A stretch of 64,000 nucleotides of DNA from Azolla caroliniana (Eukaryota; Plantae; Polypodiophyta). The translations under genes were made by a program, and so were the position numbers. Below, one piece after another: positions 12,786 to 26,375 of the stretch. Positions within the stretch are counted from its first letter, which is position 1, and each line of letters opens with the position of its first letter. Where the stretch lies: assembly GCA_043228905.1 (NCBI GenBank), contig JBHGNT010000009.1, positions 3,906,001-3,970,000 of the forward strand, read 5' to 3'. The notes beneath the pieces were generated by a model that was not told where the DNA came from, made no database searches, and saw only the letters and a program-made list of their open reading frames with translations.

Positions 12786-14377
12786 AATCATCTGGGCAGA
12801 TATGGAGATAGTTTGGAAGACATATTGAGCAGTGTAGGTATGAGCCATGGTGCAACTAAACCAGCTCCAAAGCTCTTCCTCTGATGGGTAAAAGTAAAAC
12901 CAACCATGGCATAAATGCAATTTGTTCCTCAATGACAAGACAAGGAACCCTTGGATAATAAAGAAAATTATGTACTGCAGGAGAGGGCTTGACTTGAATA
13001 GAGGTAACAACTAAAAGATGCAAGGATTCGTGCATGAGTTTGTTCTCTCCCAAGTTAGGGAGAGTGGTTTTCTGATCTTTCCCAAGTTAGGGAGCCCTTG
13101 AATGACATGGATTTAGGAAGATGCATTTGTGTGATTGATCATGATGTCGGTGAACAGCGGCCCGAAGAATATTCTTCAGGGGATTACTCTACCTCCATTT
13201 GTTTGATATTGTAACTTTATGTGAATGTTTGTAACTTTATATCAGATTCCTTTGGTGATACTGCTCAATAACTTAAGATTTTAATACGGCATAATGGGTG
13301 GGTTGATGCCAAATGGCATGTATCTTGAGATCCTGTTTCGTTGCACAAACAGTAATAATGAGATATGCTTTTATTGCACATGTCTTGATTGGTGAGAAAT
13401 GTACATGTCAACCCTATTCATTATTAATCCCCCCCCCCCACCATTTCCTTCCCTAAAATGGATTGTTGTGATTTTCCATTATAGTACGTTGTCTTTTGCC
13501 CTTTTATCATTGGTTTCCCAAATCTCTTGGAAAAGATTACATGGGAAATTATTTTGGCAAAGCATTCTAAAACTGTGCACATTGTAAAGTCTTTTCTTGT
13601 GAACGATGAGATCAGGAGGAATATCAAGGAGATCAAGATCTTATGATGGTAAGTATGCTTATACAGGTTGCAGTTAATTTCTAGTTCACTATATTTATTC
13701 TTTCTTTGCTTGCTTTCTCTCATGTAAGATGAGGGATATGTACAAAGTTGGGGCTTACTATTCCATGGTGTAGTAATGTACAAATCTGATCCTTGTTTAT
13801 GCTTCGTTTGAAGGTTTAGACACTTAACTTTAGATTGTGTTTCATATGTTGACATACAGAAAACAATATGTAGATTAGGTGGATCATTATGCGCATCGTA
13901 AATTAATTTGAGATCTTAACCCAATATGGGAATGGAATTGTGAGAATAATCCTCCCCAATATGATTAGTGGTCATACATCATGATTATATAAATTGTGTA
14001 TATGTGTCCTGAGAGATTGCAAATTTTAAAATGATTAGGAATCGTGAAACGCTCGAGTTCTTTATATTTAATGCTATATAAACTTTGGAGAGAAGACTTT
14101 ACAATCCCCGCATGACAAGCATAGGATTATGCCGCATTTATGGCATGTCAATTTGGTTCCGTGTAACCGACTCTACGGGTTATCGATGGTAAGGAATTCA
14201 TTCTACTTGAAAAATATATGTATAAGCATGTTTACGAATTGAGCAATTTGCTTAGATCTAGGGACTTGGTCAATGGTGAGCATATGTATCTTCATTGGGA
14301 AATGTCACATTCATTTCTACTTTAAATGTTTAGGAGGTGACATCATGCACAAGAAGGGATAATGTAATGTTACGTAA

Positions 14378-14597
14378 CAAGTTTATTTATCCACTCATTG
14401 TCCAGTTATTTTGTTGTGAATTCCATTTAGATCATGGAAAAAGTAAATATGATGTTGAAATGCACTCAATGACATTAAAAATCTTCAAGTTTCTTTATCC
14501 ACTCATTGTTCGTTTATTTTGTTGTGAATTCCATTTAGATCATGGAAGAGGAAAATGTGATGTTGAAATGCACTCAATGATATTAAAAATTGTCAAT
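14378..14597. repeat. Two-copy 108-bp tandem duplication
   Basis: CAAGTTT.TTTATCCACTCATTG...GTTGAAATGCACTCAATGA.ATTAAAAAT starts at 14378 and again at 14486. Confidence 0.9.
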
Positions 14598-15567
14598 TTA
14601 TTCATCAATTAAATATCCTTGTGGTTGGAAATGTAATAAAATAGTTTATATGTCATTGTTACTTGCAGATTCTACAATTTAGATAAAACTTTCATAAGAA
14701 TGTTGTTCTTACAGCCATAATAATATGATGTTGAACATTTCCCTCAAGTAAAATGTGTTTCAATTACGCACACGATTGAAGGTGGATCATTTAGTATGTG
14801 TGTATATGCTTGCAGTCATGAACTTGTTCAAGAGAAGGCATACATAATCAATGAGTCTCCTCATTGGTGCTCCAATTTCATGTCTCACATTGAAGAGTAT
14901 GTGGGCTAAGCCATATGGAACAATGATGCATAGAAGAAGGATGGGCTCTAGCATGTATCAATGCATTTCTTTGTTTGGAGAAGGTGATGATATGGAAAAG
15001 ATATAAAAGATAATACTAACACTATTCCTCCAATTCTTTTTAATGCGAATGTGAGAATTGCGTGAGACTTCACTTTTTTATATTGGAAGGAGTCGGCAAG
15101 TTGGGTGTCAAAACGGCAACAAGGTTACCCTAGACTTATTAATCTTGCTCTTGGCATGTCTATTCATTGATGACCCTATCTTTTTCAAACACCATCCTCT
15201 TTGTGCACGTTCATTTTGTGTGGGGTAGTAATAAGAAAAAGTTATAAGGATTTCAAATAGCGTGACTTTGATTTTCATCCTTGTTTTAGATTACCCATCT
15301 AAGCATGACAACTTTAGAGTGATTATTATTTAGATATTAGAAGAGAATACAGGCACCATTGAATAGATGAAACTTTATCATTGACGTGGATGAATAGAAG
15401 GTAAGAAGAAAAGAAGACATCACAAATCAAATGGGAAACAAAATCGTGAAACAAGGGTGATTAAATATGTGTATTAAATGAATTAAAACATCGAGAACAT
15501 TACACGAAGGATGAACTAGATAAAAAATATTAACGGACTTGCTATGTGATCAATATTGGAAAATGTA

Positions 15568-16140
15568 TTAGTGACTCTAAGAGGCTTATACCTTACGATA
15601 TATTTTAGGGAAAAGTACCAAGATACCCCTAGAAGTTCGTCTATTTACCAAAATGCCCTTGGAAGTTCCAAATTTACCAAACTACCCCTATGTCCAAAAA
15701 ATTACACTTATAAAGTAATTATACACTCAAATCTTTGGTAAATAGGGCTAGTTCGGGTCCATTTCTTCCATCTTTGGTAAATAGGGCTTGTAGATTTGAG
15801 TGTATAATTACTTTATAAAGCGTAATGTTTTGGACATAGGGGTAGTTTGGTAAATTTGGAACTTCCAGGGGTATCCTAGTACTTTTCCCTATATTTTATA
15901 AAAGTTTGACAATTTAATGAGAGATTTCTAGGCCATTCTTTATCGATGGCCCATGCACAAGAAACGAAGGTATGAGAGTAATAGTCATATGGCATTCTTT
16001 AGTGACTCAGTATTAAGTATGCGGCTTATACCTTGCGATATATTTTATAAAAGTTTGACATTCTAATGAGAGATTTCTAGGCCATTCTTTATCGATAGCC
16101 CATGCACAAGAAACAAAAGGTATGCGAGCAATACTCATAT
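15568..16140. repeat. ~140-bp tandem duplication; the first copy is interrupted by the MITE
   Basis: TTAGTGACTC..GGCTTATACCTT.CGATATATTTTATAAAAGTTTGACA..GGCCATTCTTTATCGAT.GCCCATGCACAAGAAAC occurs around the MITE and again uninterrupted at ~16000-16140. Confidence 0.88.
15608..15889. mobile_element. Foldback MITE, Mutator-like (copy 1, 282 bp)
   Basis: Long terminal inverted repeats GGGAAAAGTACC...GTACTTTTCCC. Perfect 9-bp TSD TATATTTTA at 15599-15607 and 15890-15898. A near-identical copy lies at 31486-31800. Confidence 0.93.
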
Positions 16141-17193
16141 ACTACTTAATTAGAGAATATGTAAGGGGCCATAACAAAGTTGAAAATGACATGCAATCTG
16201 ATTGAACTTTGCTCTATAATTTTATAGATGAGGGGATTGAGGGTTAAGTGTGGGGGAATTTTATATCAAACTTCTCTTTCTACTTGAACAAAGTTTGTGT
16301 TTTGAGTTTAATGTGATGCAACCTTTACACGACGTTGAACAAGAAATATCATTGATATGACTCAAATTTGTGAGGAGCAACAATTGTAGGATTTTACATT
16401 TGAATTTGCTAAAAAAATGTGAGCATTCCATGTCAATACCGCTAGGCAAAAGGACTTCTATCCTTTATTTATGTGCACCTTAGACTTTATCACAATGAAT
16501 ATGTTGTGGCTCCAAAAATATAAAAAAGAGATCTATTGGTATTGGATGCATGTTGTATAAAAATGATCATAAGGATATACTTCCTTTACATGCATTCGCT
16601 TTCTTTCTTTTTAAAATGTGCTCAATCATATAGTCTAGTTGAATCTTCTTTCGAATATGTAATTTAAATGAAAATTGAAAGAGCTCTTATTTGAGAATGG
16701 CTTGCTATGTATGTATGTATGTATGTATATATATGTATATATGAACGACAAATACAGAAGTAAAGATCAAGATGGAAAGCCAATTGATCATTCTCAAGAC
16801 ATTTTGTATTGTCTTCAATGTCCATGGTTGAACACCTTTTCATGGTTAAAACTTAAAGACAATAGAATTTAAGCAATTAAGAACAATTCAATTGCGAAAG
16901 AAACAATAGATGATAAGCAAAGTGGTTGGGTAGATGAAGTTGTAGTTTTTGGTTGATTGGGAATTAGTTCCAACCGTAGTTGTGACTAGTCTTAATGTGT
17001 CCACATGCAAAAGTTTAGATTCAGATGCCAAAATTTAGAAGCCTTAGCCAAAACTCCAACTTATTTTGCAAACCATATCAACACCATACAAGAACTACCT
17101 TCTATACCTTAAGAAATTGTCACCCATCACCCAATTTTGGTTTCTTAACTTAAAGTGAAGTCTAAACCACCAAACTTTCAAATATTCATAAAT

Positions 17194-17413
17194 GGGGGGG
17201 GGGGGGGGGGGGGGGGTAATATCTATTTCCAAAAGAAAGCTTACTAAAAATGTAGTTTCATTAATGTAATGATATCCACATGTATATAAGAACTATTGCT
17301 AGAACATCATAATCCACAAAGTGAATGAAAGACTATTAACGACTCAATTGACGAATATTAAAATATGTGACTAGAGTAATATATGTATAGGTATATACAT
17401 GTACACATACATA

Positions 17414-17500
<87 letters not shown>
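17194..17500. repeat. Poly-G run and compound (GT)n(AT)n(AG)n microsatellite
   Basis: G-run ~17194-17216 and dinucleotide tracts ~17413-17500. Similar SSRs lie at ~848, 17758, 18046, 18497, 26780-27060, 31920-31985, 36945-36995, 48165-48550 and 50592-50670. Confidence 0.95.
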
Positions 17501-17504
<4 letters not shown>

Positions 17505-18045
17505 CAATGATGAACAACCTCAATTTGTACCATGATGAAGCTAGGTTATAGTAGCACTATACTCAACTTATTCACCTAGAGCCACTTGGTCCAATGGTTA
17601 AAACTATGTTTCTCTTTGGTATTCTCGAATGGAACTACGTATCTTGACATGATTACCGAAGCTTCGGAAAATGGTCAACAAAATTGTTATTCTATGCGCA
17701 CATCAGAGTTGTCTCTTTTCAATTGATCATAACCCACGAGAAAGTCAAGAATGCACAACACACACACACACACACACACATGCAAAACAAAAAAACCACC
17801 TACATTGTGATGGGGAAGAGGCTCAGTCAGTCTGGGCTGACATTTTGTCCGCGTCACTCTGATCACTTATTAGAACAGAGTGATTGATACAAGTCGCAAT
17901 ATGAGCACCGTGGTAATGTTCATGAAGTGAGAGGTCTCGATATGTCTCTCTAGAGAAATTTGAGGTTTAGTTGTTCGGTGTGCTCTCGTGATGTCGAGTC
18001 ATCCCGAGTTGTTCCATGTGTGAGTGAGAGAGAGTTAGAGAAAGT

Positions 18046-18081
<36 letters not shown>

Positions 18082-18179
18082 AAGAAAAAAGATATGAGAC
18101 ATTGGTTACATAAGAAGAATGCCATTCATTTAGGTGTAGTCTATAGATATGGTTACAACAATTCCCATTTATTTTATTG

Positions 18180-18450
18180 GCAATTAAAAGAGAAAAAAAG
18201 CAACAAAAATAAACAAAGAAAAGAAAAGAAAAGCAGATAAATAAAGAAATAAAGAAAAAAGCAAATAAATAAAGAAATAAAGAAAAAAGCAAATAAATAA
18301 AGAAATAAAGAAAAAAGCAAATAAATAAATAAAAGCAACCAATAAAATAAATAAAAGCAACCAATAAAATAAATAAAAGCGACAAAATAAATCAATTTAA
18401 AAATAAATAAATAAAAATTTAAAAAGGTATTGATAAAATATAAATTAAAA
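18180..18450. repeat. A-rich low-complexity tandem array upstream of the Mg transporter
   Basis: AAATAAAGAAATAAAGAAAAAAGC-type units (~28 bp) followed by AAATAAAAGCAACCAATAA units. Confidence 0.85.
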
Positions 18451-18756
18451 CGCAATTATTATTTTGCAAGGTTTGTGTTTGTTTTGTAGGCAGGCTGTGT
18501 GTGTGTGTGTGTGTGTGTGTGAGATGTTGTTCTGAAAGCAGAGGAAATTGGAAGGTAAAGATCTGGAACCAAATCGCCCACATGCTTCAATCGACTGTAG
18601 CGATCAGAGAACCTATGAATTCGTTTCTCTCTTGCGAATGGGCGATGCCAGATTTGAAACTTTGATGCAGTTTCTGCCTCATCGGGGTTAGGGTTAGAGC
18701 TAAGTTTGGATTTCGAGTTATATTAGTAAGGATCGGATTTTTGTACTTGTTGAAAT

Positions 18757-21700
18757 ATGGCTGAATCTTCACAAGGATATCCTTCTTCTTCATTTGAATA
18801 TATCTCATCAGACAATGTCAAAGGCCTCATCCTTGCCATCTCATCTAGCCTCTTTATCGGGGCTAGCTTCATTGTGAAGAAAAAGGGTCTCAAGAAAGCT
18901 GGTTCTTCCAACCTCAGAGCGGGTACACATTTTCTCCTTTTTTTCAATTTCTTAATTGATGTTCTTTCTGCTTTTCTTCTTCTTCTTCTTCTTCTTATTA
19001 TTATTCTTGAATTGAAACGATATATATTTTAAATTTTTTTTTTGGCATTAATATTGAGAAATAGGTATTAAGCTTAGGATTCATTGAAAGTTCTTAACTT
19101 GTAAAAAGGATCACTTCGTTAATTACACATGGTGAGTAGCTGTTAAGCTTCCGGCTAGTTCTAACTTCCCGAAAAGGATCACTGTGTAAATTGCTCAGTG
19201 CAAGAGATTAATCATGTTTTGCCCACCCTCTTTGATCACAAAAGTGCGTGGAAGATTGCAAAGAGGAAGAGCATTGTAATTATAGCAATTGGTTCAACTT
19301 GTTTCAAAATTCTTGTGCTGAATTACAGTCCTAAAAAGTAAAATTTAACACGTGCATCCTGCTATTACAGTTGTCACAACAAATGGCAAGATGATAGATG
19401 TTCTATGCAATGTTGCCAGTGGCAATGACTTTATATTATAGAAGAAATTTCTTTCAAACAAATTAAATCACACTATGTGTGAAATTCTGATGTCCAAATC
19501 ATCGATATAACATTTCCATGATGTAACTTCACTATACATCAGCATTTCCATGGCTTTTTGTACTTTTTGGACATTTTAGAGACAAATAGAATTTACGGAC
19601 ATTTGCTCAAAGTTTAAGAAGACGACTCATTCTGAAAGAATCTCATTTTGTAGATTGTGTATGAACTTAATCCAAAGGTTTTCCTACCTACAATACCACA
19701 TCTCAGGATTCTGGTGTTATTCTAGATTGACAAACCTTCACTTTGCTCTTGGTACTCATATATATTCTTGAACTGTTTGTGGCTTTCCATCAAGACAAAC
19801 TAGTCTAGTTTGATTTGATACATGTAGTAGATAGCATGATACCAAGGAGGGCTGAAGTACGAGGAGAACAAAGAAGCATATGGGATAGTAGATGGAGACT
19901 GACCACCATAGAGTGCAGGGCAAAGGGGATGATTCATAGATGTAAAAATAGAGGATATGTAATCAAGGTGCTGAAACATTGGAGAAGATGAAGCAGCTAT
20001 AGTTTCTGTTGGAGGAGGAATACTGATAATACAGGAAAAGCAAGACAAAATGCATACAAATGTTGCACTGCTATGATGAACTTTGTCCAGCAACAGCATG
20101 ACGATGTCTCATAAACACTATAACCTATAAACTCACCATGTCTACATTCTTGTAGACGGGGGTAGGTCATTCTTGAATTGTGCACTCTTTCTTCAGTGAA
20201 AATTGTTCTTAACAAGATTTTGTTGGCTTTAAACTGGCACTTCGACTTGGTTTTTGGGGCCAATACGGTGTAATAGGTTTTTCATCCTGTCCATTGGTTT
20301 GGATGGAAATTGTTCCACAATGTCATTTTTTGTTCATTCTATTCGAGACACAGATGGCTCTTGCTTTTTTGCAAATAGGATATCCCTCCATTTTGTTTGG
20401 GCCACTGTGACTTCTGGTTTATGCCCTCCTTTTTAGATGAAAATTGTTCCAATGTTCTTTGATGGACTTTTCATGATATCGTTCTGTGACACATGCTATC
20501 TGCTTTTTCGGGAGTAGCAGTTCCACAAGAAACATTTCCTCCCCTACCTTTGGTTAGATATATGCAATCTGTCAAGACCTTGCTGATCAGTTCCCATGAT
20601 GGTCTAGATGCTCCTGATACTTTCAGGTTTTGAAATAAACTCCTAGAACACGTGATATGTTGATTAGCTCCACTATGGTAACAGTATAGTAGTTTTTTGA
20701 TGCAAGACCTATGTAACTTTTGTGCCAGTGACAAAAAAATTCAGTGGTTGAGTAACTCAGTAATAGCTCTATTTATCATTTTAGTAATTGACATAATCCA
20801 TACTTTTAATTGAATTAAAAGATGCATTATTTGTGCAACATACTCAAACTTTACCACCGCCTTCTTGATTCAAGGCTACTTTTTAGTCAATCCGGGAACT
20901 GCCTTGGCTCCCCAGTTGTTACTTTTATTAGTATTGTTTCATATTTTGGAGATTAATTAATTAATTAAGAAAAGACCTAGAGATTTTAGTGGCTTTTATA
21001 AGAGTAAAATATCTCTTGTTTCTTCCTTTTTCTATTGTTCTCTTGCTTTATATGGATGTACCACAGTATTGGTTGTCTGATTTATGCTCATCATACTTGT
21101 GTTATCATGGTCACTTTCTATGTTTGGTGAGTTTTCAATCAGTTATTACCATTTCAGTTAAAGCTTGGATTAGGAACTCTCTTTACTGTTGTGCGGAGGA
21201 TAAGCAAAATTTGTCCTTTCTAAGATCTAATCTAACTTTATTTCCTGCACAGAGGGACATGAAAGAAGTATTGTTTTTTTGCCTGCCCATTGTACAGAGC
21301 TTTTATAATGTCCTAGGGAAATTCTTAGGAAAAAGTATGTGTTGAACTTTGAAGGTTGATCATTCTGTTCTTAATACTTTTTCTCATAAGCCCCATGTCT
21401 TGTGGACTTATTAAGGCAACTTGTATTTTTGGCAGGACTTGGAGGGTATTCTTATTTGTATGAACCACTTTGGTGGGTTGGCATGACAACAAGTACGTAT
21501 TTGCATCCTTTCAGGTTTTATTTTGTGTATATGTCTTTTATTAACTTACATTATTCACTGGAGTAGTCTAATGTGACAGTGGTTGTTGGAGAAGTAGCAA
21601 ACTTTGTTGCATATGCATTTGCGCCTGCAATCCTTGTTACTCCGCTTGGCGCATTAAGCATAATTGTGAGGTAAGATGTAGGTTTTGGTCATTTCGAAAT

Positions 21701-24700
21701 TCTAATGTATAATTATTCTATTGGCTTAACTAATCCACGTGAGAGTCATTTTATGCAGTGCAGTGCTTGCACATATAATGTTGAAGGAGAGATTACATAT
21801 TCTAGGAATCCTAGGTTGTATTCTTTGTGTGGTTGGGTCAACCACAATTGTCTTACATGCACCTCCAGAGCGTCAGATTGAATCTGTAAAGGAAGTGTGG
21901 ACACTTGCTACTGAACCTGGTACGCATCTCTAATCATAGAACCTCTTTGTGAGTTATTTAAATGCCAACCTTTTTGTCTTTTGAACTATTGATTATATTC
22001 TTACACCTTCCGACAATATTCACAGCATTTCTGATATATTCGATTGCTGTGGTGGTATTGGCATTATTCTTGATTTTCCATTTTGTACCTCTCTATGGCA
22101 ACACACACGTGATGGTATATATTGGTATTTGCTCCCTGATGGGTTCTCTCTCGGTACGATGCTATATCTTTTTACTCTAGTTCAAGTATTTTTTCAAGGA
22201 TGCATGCTATTTACCAATGGACTCTGTTTGAGAAGTCTATTTGAAATGTATTTCTGAACAGCTTTCTTGTCATTGTTGATCATAGTTTAAAGTTCTTTCT
22301 TTTTGTCAAGATAGTAGGGATCATGATAGCCAATATGACCTAAATTGTGCTGGAAAAATTTCTGCAGAATCCTCCCCAAAATAATTCCTCTGGCCTAAAA
22401 TATGTTAGCCTCACCAACCTCTAGAATTTGCACATTTTCCAGTATAGAAATGCGTTCTTGTTTCTCTATTTTCTATGAGACTCAATTACGTAAGGGCTCT
22501 TTTATGCATCCTTGCACTAGTATTTGTCACATTGAAGAGAGCATTAGTGGCAATCTCATCGAAAAATCTTTCCTATTTCGTTTGTGTTGTATAGGATTGT
22601 GGGCCATTTCAACAGTTTCTGGTCACGGTGGGAACTGACCGTTTAGTTCTGTCTGTCCCAAAAATTGACAACTGTCCTGTGTGAGTATTCTAAGACTGGC
22701 TAATACGCCTGGGAAAATCACTTCTAGAATTGTTTTAGGTAACTTCTAGAATTATTATGTCCAGATTCAAATTCTTTTAACTCATTATATTGAAGAGCCA
22801 GGTTTTTTCCCAGCCTTTCATCTCACCTTGTATATTTCCAAAGTGGCTTAAAATATCGATCTGAAAGAATAGTTGCCCTGCGAGTTCTAGAAATATTATT
22901 TTCCATTGCACGTTAGAATTTCAGAGCTTTTATTAACTTTTAATTGGTTATTTGTATATTTAGGTATTATATATTCCCCATTTCACAAGAATAGATCATT
23001 TGGACATTTGGTTAGCTGATTCAATTTGACTAGGTAGCTAATCAATCATTGACTGATTTGATTAACACGAGGACATGAATTAACTGAGTTGATTTGACTA
23101 ACTTTTAGAGGAAATGTGCATCCATTCTTGTTAATTGGACCTATTATCTCCTTTGATTCTTCTCAATATTAACATGAGATCTTTTAGCAACCTTCATAAA
23201 CTTGTGGTCAGAATGGAGGCATTTTCTGAAGTGATCTATGGTGATGGTTTGTGATAATTTAAGCATCTGCAATAAGTAGCTATTGTTGTTAGACTCCATT
23301 CTACGATCCGATGGTTGATGCAGTCCTTGCCCCTTTCTTTTTCTGTCTAATACAGCATAAGAGACATAATACCACTTGAAATGTTTCTGATCCAATGGCT
23401 GGAGCAGTCTTTGCCCCTTTATTTTTCTATTTAATACAGCATGAGAGAGAATTTCATTTTTAATTTTTCGGGTTAAAGATGCCATGGCGTCGTGAAGCAA
23501 TTGCTTCACGATATAAAAACAAACTCAAATATTATATCAAGCGACATTTGTGAGCCTTGAATCCATAACCTGGCTGTTTGACACATTGAGCACGAAATGT
23601 ACAACAGAGGAATTTCTTTTTCTGTTTCTATGAGCTTGTAAAATCTTGAGTTAATTGCCTTTATGGTAATTGGAGGACTGTAACCAACAATTTGCTTTTT
23701 TTGTGCCAATAATAGGTGATGAGTGTCAAGGCTCTGGGAATTGCTCTTAAGCTTACGGTTGAGGGAACAAATCAGCTTGTTTATTCGCAAACATGGGTCT
23801 TTGCTGTAGTAGTGATATCATGCATCCTGATGCAAATGAATTACTTGAACAAGGTAAAGGTTTTCAAGGAAATGCATAAATGCTTTATTTTTAAAAGCAG
23901 ATTGGGGCAAAAGTTACTTATCCTAGTTTGTTTGTTTACAGGCTCTGGACACCTTCAATACAGCTGTAGTCTCGCCAATTTATTATGTGATGTTCACATC
24001 ATTGACTATACTGGCGAGTGTGATTATGTTCAAGGTGTGTATTCTGAAATAACTCTTTGAGTTCTTCCATTAATTCCCAAAACACGATTAGTCGACCTCT
24101 GAAAGAGAACTAAGGCGATGAATTGACCATATAGTTGAGAAAGAGGCATTTAAAGAAATAAAGGAAAAATACAAAGGGTATCTCAATTTTTTTCTCTACA
24201 TATTAATACTTGTTTTTGCTGCTGTTTCTCTTGACTATTGAATGCACTAATTATGGAATGAGATTTTGATGCAGGATTGGGACAGACAAAATCCATCACA
24301 AATAATAACAGAGCTTTGTGGATTTATAACAATATTGTCGGGCACCTTTTTGTTGCATACAACAAAGGATATGGGCGATAACATGACATCAGGATTAAGT
24401 CAGTGTCAGCGCTATTCTTTTTCTTGTTCAATTGTTTTGTCTCAAACAACGCAAAAATACCCCTAAACATTTTCACACGTGATGTGGATGCCCTTTGTTT
24501 TCCCCTAAAACTACCAGATTACCCCTTAGTATTTACATTTGTTATGAGAATACCCCTAGTTTCTATTTAACGAGAAATACTAATCTAATCAAGTTAACCC
24601 TAGTTTAGAAGTGGTATCATGGGGCCTAATTACTCTCAGAATCAGATTATTATGAGGGTTGGTTAGAGCCCATAATATCACACATAATCTTCCCATAATC

Positions 24701-25093
24701 TGTTTATAAGTGGATATTATGTGCTCTAGTTAACCCTCATAATAATCTCAATACCACTTATAATAACATTATCGAGTTAATTTCAATGTTTGGGTTTCTT
24801 GCAATTGTGAAAAAGTTAATAGGTATCTATCCTGTTCTTTAATTCTGGGTTCTTCTTGCACATGTTTTTTGGCTTGTGTTTATTTCGTACACAAGGGAAA
24901 ATTAGCAATATATGCCATTATAAATTTGATGTGAAGTTTTACCTACAATATAGTTTTTTACTCTTTTCTCTCAGATGGCTATGCGGGTTTATCCTCACCT
25001 CACTCCACTCGTTTGAATTCAATCAAACGACCAGAAAGCGACCCAGAAGAAGGAATTGCTCTTCGACGAGTTGAATCACTTCGTGCATCTTAG
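18757..25093 (+). CDS. NIPA-family probable magnesium transporter, 9 exons, ~358 aa
   Basis: Exons 18757-18922, 21436-21492, 21580-21670, 21759-21919, 22026-22153, 23716-23853, 23942-24034, 24275-24398, 24975-25093 (1077 nt, in frame). Motifs [82 protein letters not shown]. Confidence 0.92.
24609..24759. mobile_element. Small inverted-repeat (MITE-like) element in the last intron of the Mg transporter
   Basis: Left arm AAGTGGTAT..AGATTATTATGAGGGTTGGTTAGAGCCCATAATATC pairs with right arm GATATTATGTGCTCTAGTTAACCCTCATAATAATCTCAATACCACTT. No clear TSD. Confidence 0.55.
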
Positions 25094-25984
25094 CCTTGAG
25101 CTCTTGTTACACTATCCTTCTACTAAAATCTTATATGGAAGCCACGTTAGTTCCTCAACGACCAGAGGCATCTAATTGTCTTGCATTTGAGGCTATAATG
25201 CACTTCCATACTGGGCATTGCCACAATTGAGGTTTCATTGCATGTATGTATGTATTTATGTTGGTTCTGTATCTCCACACCCATGATGCAGCATCGGGTT
25301 GCAGCTTACTTCATCATACATGTAACATTTTGTTTTTTGCAGCCTATTGTAATTTATTCCAGCCTATTGAGAAAAGATGCAAAAAGACAGCAGAACTTGC
25401 TCAATATAAAGGGGGCATTGGCAAGACATGGCATCATATCATATGAGCCAATGTTATTACCTCGTAAGGGGTCTTTGTTTTGGCATGGCAACATAGCTGT
25501 AACGATTACTTGCAACATTTTCTCTTCGAAATTTCATTGGCTTTCTTCTATTGGGCTTGTGCATTATTTTATGCTTTATCGATCTTGATTGTCATAGTTG
25601 TTTCTTTATTTCTCTCGTGCTTGTCTATCTATAATCAGCATTGCTAATTTTTTGTTCATAGCCAATTGATATATCTTTCCATGGATATCTGTAGTCTAAA
25701 GTCACACTCAACATGGCTTCTCGTGTTGTGAAGAAGATAATTTTCTTAACAAGTTTTCAAACTACGAATGGTTTTATTGTCAATTTTGATACATAAAATG
25801 TTTAAGCTATGAAAATTGAACCCCCACTTCGATCTTTGATAGCGGCTCTAAGGAGCTAAAGCTGACTTGTCCTCGTCCTTGATGGTGTTTGCTTTGTTGG
25901 CCGTTGTACACTCACTTGCTTGATTATTATTGATCAACTTCAACATTGCCCACACTTCTTGGCACTAACATTGCTAGATAGTCT

Positions 25985-26375
25985 CTTGTTATAATAAACC
26001 CAACAATAAACATGTTGGTGATGGGTATATGATGCAGCTTGAGTCATGGAATCTTGTGTTATAAATGCATAAGTTGGTAAGGAATACATGTGTTGTGCAA
26101 CTAGGGAGGTGACAACGCCTAATGTTGTTATGGTTAATCCTAATTGGAAATGAAGAAAATTATTGATTGTATTGTGAAAACCCTTGTGCCCATGACCCAA
26201 CTTGCCTCCTTGAAGGGTATGGGCTTCCAGAATCTCTTTCATGCTATGTCCAATATGAAAATTAGTTTTGTGCATGTGACCAACAATGATAAATATAATT
26301 TGCGATTGCTAGATGGTGATGAGCTGTATCAGTCAAGCACAAACTTTTGGTGTTTATGGGTGAGAGCCTCCTAGG
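25985..26375 (-). pseudogene. psaB: Nuclear plastid DNA insertion (NUPT): degraded psaB fragment
   Basis: Translations [15 protein letters not shown] and, after a frameshift, [68 protein letters not shown] match photosystem I PsaB. Frameshifted, with many substitutions. Confidence 0.92.

Noticed and set aside
18035-18455. Hydrophobic F/L/I-rich ORFs resembling membrane proteins
   Set aside because: Translation of the A-rich tandem array.
19800-20263. ORFs and a purine-rich block in Mg transporter intron 1
   Set aside because: No recognisable domain, LTR, TIR or TSD.
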